The notes beneath the pieces were generated by a model that did not search any database, was not told the DNA's origin, and saw nothing but the letters and a program-made list of their open reading frames with translations. The position numbers and the translations under genes were made by a program. Positions 16,319 to 22,342 of a stretch of DNA of 24,409 nt are shown one piece after another. This DNA is from Gammaproteobacteria bacterium (GTDB taxonomy: Bacteria; Pseudomonadota; Gammaproteobacteria; Steroidobacterales; GCA-2729495), in the NCBI GenBank assembly GCA_023383735.1, contig JAHDYN010000001.1, positions 1 through 24,409 on the forward strand. The letters are read 5' to 3'. How positions within the stretch are numbered: the first letter of the stretch is position 1; the number at the start of each line of letters is the position of its first letter.

Positions 16319-16371
16319 ATTTTTAATATTCGGGTTTATGTAAAAGTATATAAAAAACAATATATTACAAT
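16319..16371. promoter_or_regulatory. Extremely AT-rich divergent promoter region with an IHF-like site
   Basis: Almost pure A/T tract in a GC-rich context. AAACAATATATTA at 16355-16367 matches WATCAANNNNTTR with one mismatch. Confidence 0.45.
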
Positions 16372-16460
16372 GAGTATCCACACTCACTGTCAGGTCAGCT
16401 GACCGACCCGGGGCCAGCGATTTCCGTTATTGTTCAGTCCCCGCCAGCAGTACCGATGCC

Positions 16461-16793
16461 ATGAGCCAGAGCGCAAGACCGTCCGGATCAGCCAGCAGTG
16501 ACTGGCGCAGCCTGTGCCGGGCGCGCCGGATTGATCCTGACGAGGTCGAGATGGTTGCCAGCCGTTACCTGGCCTACCGCAACTACATGCAGCCCCGCGG
16601 TGGCGGCCTGTCGCTGGCCGGGTGGTTCCGCTTCTACTGCCAGGAGAAGGCCTCCGAGAGCGGTGACCAGACCGGCGGGGTGGTCAGCGAGTGCTCGGCG
16701 ACCGGTGAGGCCATCCAGCAGACCATGCTCGGCGATCCGCGGACTTTTCTGGAAATCCTCCACCTGCAGCTCGAAACGGTGCATTCAACCTGA
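16461..16793 (+). CDS. Hypothetical protein (110 aa)
   Basis: Host-like codons with G/C third positions; fills the gap between the AT-rich region and the tRNA promoter; no family recognised. Confidence 0.6.
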   Translation: MSQSARPSGSASSDWRSLCRARRIDPDEVEMVASRYLAYRNYMQPRGGGLSLAGWFRFYCQEKASESGDQTGGVVSECSATGEAIQQTMLGDPRTFLEILHLQLETVHST

Positions 16794-16826
16794 CGCCACG
16801 GCGCTGAATACCTATAATGCGGCGCC
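16790..16826 (+). promoter_or_regulatory. Sigma70 promoter of tRNA-Ser with GC-rich discriminator
   Basis: -35 CTGACG (16790-16795), 17-bp spacer, -10 TATAAT (16813-16818), then GCGGCGCC, the pattern of stable-RNA promoters. Confidence 0.75.
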
Positions 16827-16837
16827 AGCCTGAAACC

Positions 16838-16927
16838 GGAGGGATGCCGGAGAGGCTAAACGGCCCTGACTCGAAATCAGTGGGGGGCGCAAGCCCCACG
16901 GGGGTTCAAATCCCTCTCCCTCCGCCA
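16838..16927 (+). tRNA. tRNA-Ser (anticodon CGA), 90 nt, CCA encoded
   Basis: Acceptor stem GGAGGGA/TCCCTCC; D-stem CCG/CGG; anticodon loop CTCGAAA; long variable arm GGGGC-GCAA-GCCCC; T-loop TTCAAAT; discriminator G plus CCA. Confidence 0.95.
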
Positions 16928-16928
16928 T
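16913..16928 (+). repeat. attL core (tRNA 3' end)
   Basis: CCTCTCCCTCCGCCAT, repeated exactly at 21452. Confidence 0.9.
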
Positions 16929-16960
16929 ACAAGCCCCCGAGGCAATCCGAGTAAGTCCAT

Positions 16961-16990
16961 AAGCCCGCGTAATTGCGGGTTTTTCTTTGT
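16961..16990 (+). terminator. Rho-independent terminator after the tRNA, supplied by the element
   Basis: AAGCCCGC-GTAATT-GCGGGTTT followed by TTCTTTGT. Confidence 0.75.
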
Positions 16991-17031
16991 CTGTAGCATC
17001 TAATGGGGTCTGAGGAATCCCGGTTGAAGCC

Positions 17032-17125
17032 GGGGGCATCACGGGGCATATTAGGGGGCATGAGCGGTTTTCGATGCCCCCAAGCCAGGGGATGCCCCCA
17101 TTCACGGAAGGAATGCCGATGCCCC
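17032..17125. repeat. GGGGCAT direct repeats and inverted ATGCCCC copies, probable integrase arm-type sites
   Basis: GGGGCAT at 17033, 17043 and 17055; ATGCCCC at 17074, 17092 and 17119. Confidence 0.6.
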
Positions 17126-18342
17126 TTACCGATGCCCGCGTAAAGGCTGCCAGTCCACGCGAGAAACCCTATAGGTTGTGGGATGCCCACGGGCTGTATT
17201 TGGAGGTGAGTCCTGCCGGTGGGCGGTTATGGCGGTTCAAGTATCGGGTCGCCGGTAAAGAGAAACGATTGGCTCTAGGCGCTTACCCAGAGGTTGGGCT
17301 AAAGGAAGCCCGTGAGAAGCGCGACGATGCCCGGCGGCTCAAGCGGGATCATGTAGACCCTGGTGCGGCTCGCCGGGATGCCAAGTCCGCGAAGATTGCC
17401 GAAGAACGGATAGCCGGTGCCACGTTCAAGGTTCTTGCCGAGGAATGGCTGGCAAAAAATACTCCCCGCTGGTCTGCTGGCCATGCCGGGACGGTGCGGG
17501 ATCGGCTCACAACTAACGTTTACCCGTGGATCGGCAGCAAGCCCATTGCCGCCATCGAGTCTCCTGCTGTCCTGTCTGTCATTCGCCGTATCGAGGCGCG
17601 TGGGGCACCCGAGGTAGCCCGCCGGGTGTTGCAGGTTGTTACGCAAATATTCACATACGCGATTGCGACGGGTGCAGCTATCCGAAATCCTGCCGCTGAT
17701 CTGCGTGGAGCAATTCCGCCACCGCCCAAAGGCCATCACGCCAGCATCACAGACCCCCGAGGGGTAAGCAGTTTGCTCAAGGCGCTGGATGGCTATAGCG
17801 GCGCGTTTGTTACCCGTTGCGCCATCAAGTTGGCTCCACTGGTCTTTGTCCGCCCCGGTGAGTTACGGCGGGCAGAGTGGGCAGAGTTCGATACAGACAA
17901 CGCAGAGTGGCGTATTCCTGCCGAGAAGATGAAGGCACGAGCTGTGCATATCATTCCCCTGAGTAGGCAGTCCCTCGCCATCATCGAGGAACTGAGGCCG
18001 CTAACTGGCGATGGCAAGTACCTGTTTCCATCGGTGCGTTCACCGTCCCGGCCAATGTCAGAAAACACCGTTACCGGTGCTTTACGCCGCTTGGGCTATA
18101 CGGGTGAGGAAATGACCGGGCACGGCTTCCGCAGCATGGCGAGTACCCTTCTGAATGAGCAGGGCTGGAACCGGGACGCTATCGAGCGACAACTAGCCCA
18201 CGGTGAACGAGACAAGGTGAGAGGCGCTTATAACTACGCTGAGCATCTGCCCGAACGTCGCCGCATGATGCAGGCATGGGCTAACTATCTGGACGGCCTC
18301 CGCAATCGTGAGAACGTTGTGCCGTTTCTGCGGGAAGCGTGA
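17119..18342 (+). CDS. P4-family tyrosine integrase (N-terminal arm-binding domain)
   Basis: MPLTDARVK...DAHGLYLEV..GGRLWRFKYR..GKEKRLALGAYPEVGL; catalytic R (VRPGELR), K (EKMK), HGFR, LAH, and Y (AYNYA). Reading frame intact. Confidence 0.95.
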   Translation: MPLTDARVKAASPREKPYRLWDAHGLYLEVSPAGGRLWRFKYRVAGKEKRLALGAYPEVGLKEAREKRDDARRLKRDHVDPGAARRDAKSAKIAEERIAGATFKVLAEEWLAKNTPRWSAGHAGTVRDRLTTNVYPWIGSKPIAAIESPAVLSVIRRIEARGAPEVARRVLQVVTQIFTYAIATGAAIRNPAADLRGAIPPPPKGHHASITDPRGVSSLLKALDGYSGAFVTRCAIKLAPLVFVRPGELRRAEWAEFDTDNAEWRIPAEKMKARAVHIIPLSRQSLAIIEELRPLTGDGKYLFPSVRSPSRPMSENTVTGALRRLGYTGEEMTGHGFRSMASTLLNEQGWNRDAIERQLAHGERDKVRGAYNYAEHLPERRRMMQAWANYLDGLRNRENVVPFLREA

Positions 18343-18343
18343 A

Positions 18344-18838
18344 ATGCCCGCACCCAAGCGCAGGAAGCCATCAAAGATCATTCCACCTGATCCGCCCGGC
18401 GGAAGCCCTGAGCAGGCGATTGCAGCTTTTTGTATGGCTGCATGGAAAGGCATACCGCCGCCGCCAAGGGTTACGCAGTGGATAGCGGACTGCTTGGCTG
18501 AGATCGAGAATGACCCCAATCATTTTGCGCGTCGTGCATTCGGCATGACAGCCAAGGGTGCGCCGAAAGATAGCGGTACAAGTGTTGATTACCTTCTCTT
18601 TGTAGGACTAGCTCGACGATACGGCCACACGCTCGATGATGCCGTTGCCCATGCGGCGGACGTTTTCAAGAAATCGTCAGATACCATTAGCAAAGCTGTC
18701 AGAGGCATGAGAACCCATAGGCTAGAAGGTCTCCGCACAGACATGATGGAACAGGCGTTACTTAAGCATGGTCGGTCGTTGCCATTACCCCCGGGGAAAT
18801 TAACCAAAGCCAAGAGGCGAACCCCCGCCAAGAAATAG
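18344..18838 (+). CDS. Hypothetical protein (164 aa) with possible C-terminal HTH and basic termini
   Basis: ATG 1 nt after the integrase stop; segment TLDDAVAHAADVFKKSSDTISKAV looks HTH-like. Confidence 0.6.
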   Translation: MPAPKRRKPSKIIPPDPPGGSPEQAIAAFCMAAWKGIPPPPRVTQWIADCLAEIENDPNHFARRAFGMTAKGAPKDSGTSVDYLLFVGLARRYGHTLDDAVAHAADVFKKSSDTISKAVRGMRTHRLEGLRTDMMEQALLKHGRSLPLPPGKLTKAKRRTPAKK

Positions 18839-18913
18839 CCGTCAATTATTGGCTCTCTCGCGTCCAAGTCCGATCGCATTTAATCGGTTCCGTGGTTCAA
18901 CGGAGTAAATGCG

Positions 18914-19117
18914 ATGACCAGTGCAAATGAGAAAGTAATCCGCCGTCCCGAGGTTGAAGCGCGTACTGGGCTGCCCAGAAGTACCCTCTATGACGCGATA
19001 AAGCGTGGCTCGTTTCCTCGCCCTATCAAACTCTCGGAAAGGTCCGTGGCATGGGTTGCTTCGGAGGTTGATGCGTGGGTTGCGGCCCGTATTCACGAAG
19101 CCCGCAGGGTAGCCTGA
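18914..19117 (+). CDS. alpA: AlpA-family excisionase / transcriptional activator
   Basis: IRRPEVEARTGLPRSTLYDAIKRGSFPRPIKLSERSVAWVASEVDAW, the canonical AlpA pattern; GGAG upstream. Confidence 0.92.
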   Translation: MTSANEKVIRRPEVEARTGLPRSTLYDAIKRGSFPRPIKLSERSVAWVASEVDAWVAARIHEARRVA

Positions 19118-19344
19118 TGGCAATTCCGCTTCCCCACGGTTCCGCCCGTTGCCTCTGCCGGGCTTGTGGCGAGTATTTCTCCACGCCAGGCACCTTCGAC
19201 CGGCACCGCCAGAATGGGGCTTGTTTAGCCCCGGAGCGGGTGGGGCTGGTACGCGACCCTATCGGGGTCTGGAAACGCGCTGAAATCCGTACTCCGGAGG
19301 CTCTGGCGCGAATCCACGCCGTTACCTTGGGGGCGCAGCTATGA
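19117..19344 (+). CDS. Small FDxHR-type zinc-binding protein (75 aa)
   Basis: CRAC-GEYFS-TPGT-FDRHR-QNGAC. ATG overlaps the alpA stop (TGATG) and its own stop overlaps the next ATG (ATGA). Confidence 0.7.
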   Translation: MAIPLPHGSARCLCRACGEYFSTPGTFDRHRQNGACLAPERVGLVRDPIGVWKRAEIRTPEALARIHAVTLGAQL

Positions 19345-19805
19345 GCGAGTTCACGGTTATCGGTGGCATCCCGCCGCTACTGCCAGAAGGGAGTTACCAA
19401 CTCGCCTACCTTGGTAATCGGACGATTGCAGGGTTTGCCGGTTCAAAGTCCAATACACGCGGACACAAGGCCGGAAAGCTGCGGATCGATTTTCGGGTAG
19501 TAGACGTTGGTGAGTATTTCGATGTGGAAGTTCCCACCTTTTTCAACGTCCTGGTGCCTATGCAGGCCAGCTTTGGGCGGAACGGTGCCTTTGCGCTAGT
19601 GCCGAATAGTAGCTTCCTGCGCGCCTACCTAAAGCTGTTCGGTCGGGTGAAGCGACGCGATCGCTTGTCGCTGCGGCGATTCAAGAACGTGGTGATTGAG
19701 GCCAGCGTCAGGACGGTTAAGCAGGATCGCAATCAGAAGCCGCTGGCTGAGTCCTGCCACTACTCCGTGGTGGATGAGTTGATACAGGTGGTGGCCGGAT
19801 CATGA
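19341..19805 (+). CDS. Hypothetical protein (154 aa), possible OB-fold / ssDNA-binding
   Basis: Coupled by ATGA overlap; beta-rich, aromatic and basic; PLLPEGSY...KLRIDFRVVDVGEY is reminiscent of DUF669-like phage SSBs (by eye only). Confidence 0.6.
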   Translation: MSEFTVIGGIPPLLPEGSYQLAYLGNRTIAGFAGSKSNTRGHKAGKLRIDFRVVDVGEYFDVEVPTFFNVLVPMQASFGRNGAFALVPNSSFLRAYLKLFGRVKRRDRLSLRRFKNVVIEASVRTVKQDRNQKPLAESCHYSVVDELIQVVAGS

Positions 19806-20032
19806 GTCTGTTGCCTTTCCTTTCCCGTCCTTTCCCATCCCAGCCTATCCCATCCTACTTCCTTCGAACCTGTACCCCGGCTGCAGCCCTTGAGGCTATT
19901 AGCTCTCATACGTTCAGGGCGTTGGATTGTTTGGCAGAAAACGGGCGGAGGTTTTTCAAGAATTGTTGGCTGTGCAGGCCGACGCAACGAATTCAGCCTT
20001 TGGGTAAAAGCGGGCTGAATGACATCCAGTAG
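19802..20032 (+). CDS. Doubtful 76-aa ORF overlapping the pentamer repeat and a hairpin
   Basis: ATGA overlap with the preceding stop, but the translation is low-complexity and unrecognisable. Confidence 0.2.
   Translation: MSLLPFLSRPFPSQPIPSYFLRTCTPAAALEAISSHTFRALDCLAENGRRFFKNCWLCRPTQRIQPLGKSGLNDIQ
19813..19857 (+). repeat. Nine tandem degenerate pentamers (consensus TCCYW)
   Basis: GCCTT TCCTT TCCCG TCCTT TCCCA TCCCA GCCTA TCCCA TCCTA. Confidence 0.8.
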
Positions 20033-20227
20033 CCAACTGCTTTCCCCGGGTAGCGGTGTACGCCGCCAAGTGTCCACCGCCCCGGGGTCCAAGAAGGTAA
20101 GCGGAACTGATTGTAATGGACGGACGGCATGACGCGAATCTTCTAATAGATCGTGACTTCCGGAATTTTCTGACCAGTACGCGTAAGGGGGTAATCCCCC
20201 CTTTATTAGCTCTTGGCAGAAGTGGAG

Positions 20228-21061
20228 CTAAGCGGCCATCGCCAGTTTCTGTATCGGGGTGATGCCGCCGATGGCCATATTCGGACGCTCGTGGTTGTAA
20301 GTCCAGAGCCAGCGAGTAGCTGATTCCCGGACGTCATTGATGGACTCGAACAAGGTCTGGCTCAGCCAGTCGTAACGCACGGTGCGGTTATAGCGTTCAA
20401 CGTAGGCATTCTGCTGCGGCTTCCCGGGCTGGATATGTTCAAGGTGGATACCGCGGCTCCGCGCCCAGTCCCGCAAGGCTTCGCTGATGTACTCGGGACC
20501 GTTGTCGCAGCGGATCACCGTCGGCGACCCGCGCCACTCGATGATCTGCTCCAGGGACCGGATCACGCGAGCTGACGGCAATGACAGATCCACTTCGATG
20601 CCCAGTCCTTCGCGATTGAAGTCGTCCAGCACGTTGAACAGGCGGAACGTTCGCCCATCACTCAACTGGTCATGCATGAAGTCCATGGACCAGACCTGGT
20701 TGATCGATGCCGGCACGGTCAGTGGTTGCGGCTTCTCGCGCACCAGGCGTTTCCGCGGCTTGATGCGCAGGTTCAGCTCCAGTTCCCGGTAAATCCGGTA
20801 CACGCGCTTGTGGTTCCAGCCAAAGCGCTTCACGTTGCGCAGGTACAGGTAGCACATGCCGAAGCCCCAGTTCTTCTGGTTGAAGGTCAGCCGCAGCAGC
20901 CAGTCGGCAATGACGGCGTTCTCGTCCGATAACCGCCGTTGGTAGCGGTAGCAGGTCTCGCTGACCGAGAAGTCAGCGCAGGCCTGGCGAACGCGGGCCC
21001 CGCGGACCTCGACCGCCCATCTGGCCATCTCACGCCGCTGAGATGGCCTCACCATTTTTTT
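20228..21061 (-). CDS. IS3-family transposase OrfB (DDE/rve), expressed as an OrfAB fusion by -1 frameshift
   Basis: [23 protein letters not shown]. Slippery A7 at 21055-21061 with a downstream 10-bp hairpin. Confidence 0.92.
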   Translation of the reverse strand, partial: KKMVRPSQRREMARWAVEVRGARVRQACADFSVSETCYRYQRRLSDENAVIADWLLRLTFNQKNWGFGMCYLYLRNVKRFGWNHKRVYRIYRELELNLRIKPRKRLVREKPQPLTVPASINQVWSMDFMHDQLSDGRTFRLFNVLDDFNREGLGIEVDLSLPSARVIRSLEQIIEWRGSPTVIRCDNGPEYISEALRDWARSRGIHLEHIQPGKPQQNAYVERYNRTVRYDWLSQTLFESINDVRESATRWLWTYNHERPNMAIGGITPIQKLAMAA

Positions 21062-21315
21062 GTGAGGGCCTCCTTCATGATCTCGGCCCGCATCTGTACC
21101 TCGGCGTACATCTTCTTCAAGCGCCGGTTCTCTTCTTCCAGTTCCTTGATCCGGGACATCATCGGCACATCCAGGCCGCCGTACTTCGCCCGCCACTTGT
21201 AGAACGTGGCGCTGCTGATGCCATGCGTCCGGCACAGCTCCGGAACCGGGCTACCGGCCTCCGCCTGCTTCAAAATGCCAATGATCTGGCTGTCGGTAAA
21301 TCGCGATTTCTTCAC
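21049..21315 (-). CDS. IS3-family transposase OrfA (HTH)
   Basis: [21 protein letters not shown]...[17 protein letters not shown]; GTG start after GAGGAG. Confidence 0.92.
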   Translation of the reverse strand: MKKSRFTDSQIIGILKQAEAGSPVPELCRTHGISSATFYKWRAKYGGLDVPMMSRIKELEEENRRLKKMYAEVQMRAEIMKEALTKKW

Positions 21316-21451
21316 GGGAATCTCCTCGACTCAGATTACGAGAAAATTCCACTTCTGGCTTCAGCTAAATTCAGGGGGGATTACCGGCATTCTCGGGGGC
21401 AAATTCTTACAAGCCTGCCTGTAACCATTGCTAATACTGATTATTCGCGTT

Positions 21452-21467
21452 CCTCTCCCTCCGCCAT
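21452..21467 (+). repeat. attR core
   Basis: CCTCTCCCTCCGCCAT, identical to the tRNA-Ser 3' end. Confidence 0.9.
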
Positions 21468-21626
21468 TCATTTTTCTATTCAACAGAATAGTACTTGGCC
21501 CGATTTCGTCGGGCCGGGAATTCCCCCGACATCAGGAAAGAGGACATGCATGATGGCCGGCTTGCTTGCCAGTGCATGGGCTTTCCAGACGCGATACCGG
21601 CTATCACACTGACCGGACGCGGATTC

Positions 21627-21643
21627 CTTAAGGCAAGCTTCAG
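21627..21643. promoter_or_regulatory. PmrA/QseB-type box upstream of the response regulator
   Basis: CTTAAG-GCAAG-CTTCAG, one mismatch to YTTAAK-N5-YTTAAK, 42 bp before the GTG start. Confidence 0.55.
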
Positions 21644-21685
21644 GAATCCAGTCCACAGTCCACGTTAAAGGAGGGCAAAGGTCCC

Positions 21686-22342
21686 GTGTATCTGCTGCTC
21701 GTGGAAGACGATCTCGGCCTCGGCCAGGCATTGCACAAGCTCCTGTTGCGCCACTACCGTGTCCATTGGGTCCGGTCGCTGGCTTCGGCCCGGCGTCATT
21801 TCGATGCGGCGGAGTATGACGCCATGCTCCTTGACCTCGGTTTGCCTGATGGTGATGGCGTCGATTGGCTGCGTACGCTGCGGGCCGAAGGATGCCTGAT
21901 GCCGGTGCTGATAATTTCTGCCCGCGACCAGCTGGATGATCGGGTGAAGGGTCTGGACACGGGTGCCGACGACTACCTCGTCAAGCCCTTTGAACCTGAT
22001 GAGCTGCTGGCGCGGATCCGGGTCCTGCTCCGGCGGCAATCCGGGGTTGCGCAGCCGCGAATCACCTCCGGCGCACTGAGCTTTGCGACGGAGTCCCGTC
22101 AGTTCTACCTGAGTGATGAAGCGGTGAACTTTTCTCCGAAGGAACACCAGATCCTTGCGGTGCTCATTCAGGCTGGCGGCAAGCCAGTGAGCCGGGAGCG
22201 GCTCACCCAGCAGCTCTACGGTCTCGGTGATGCTGCGGACTCCAACACGCTGGAGGTCCACATTCACGCCCTTCGGAAAGTGCTGGGCAAGGACCGGATA
22301 GAGACCTTGCGTGGCTTTGGTTACCGGCTGGTCGCCCGATGA
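21686..22342 (+). CDS. OmpR-family response regulator, QseB/PmrA-like
   Basis: LLVEDD, LLDLGLPDGDG, GADDYLVKPF, winged helix SNTLEVHIHALRKVLG...TLRGFGY. Confidence 0.92.
   Translation: MYLLLVEDDLGLGQALHKLLLRHYRVHWVRSLASARRHFDAAEYDAMLLDLGLPDGDGVDWLRTLRAEGCLMPVLIISARDQLDDRVKGLDTGADDYLVKPFEPDELLARIRVLLRRQSGVAQPRITSGALSFATESRQFYLSDEAVNFSPKEHQILAVLIQAGGKPVSRERLTQQLYGLGDAADSNTLEVHIHALRKVLGKDRIETLRGFGYRLVAR

Larger units (their letters stand above)
20190..21385 (-). mobile_element. IS3-family insertion sequence (IS407-group-like), 1196 bp
   Basis: Terminal inverted repeats of 37-38 bp sharing GGTAATCCCCCCT...TTAGCT...CAGAAGTGGA; orfA/orfB with a -1 frameshift signal; no clean 3-4 bp target duplication. 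Confidence 0.9.
16913..21467 (+). mobile_element. Minimal integrative element at the tRNA-Ser(CGA) 3' end (int, orf164, alpA, FDxHR zinc finger, orf154), carrying an IS3-family IS
   Basis: Identical 16-bp CCTCTCCCTCCGCCAT at 16913-16928 and 21452-21467 brackets a P4-type integrase and alpA. Confidence 0.9.

Noticed and set aside
16863-16882. C27-U43 mismatch and C26 in the tRNA-Ser anticodon stem
   Set aside because: A single terminal mismatch next to a possible C26-G44 pair is tolerated in many tRNAs. The anticodon is standard CGA and the promoter is intact, so there is no evidence of recoding or a pseudo-tRNA.
17032-19857. Short repeats (GGGGCAT cluster, pentamer tract) as a CRISPR array
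   Set aside because: Units are 5-8 bp with no unique spacers and no cas genes.
19760-20092. 110-aa minus-strand ORF containing GWDRLGWERTGKER
   Set aside because: The apparent motif is just the pentamer tract translated. It is antisense to the element's operon and has no clear ribosome-binding site.
21497-21515. GGCCCGA-TTTCG-TCGGGCC hairpin after attR as the displaced original tRNA terminator
   Set aside because: Plausible position, but there is no U-tract and the stem is only 7 bp, so it cannot be supported.
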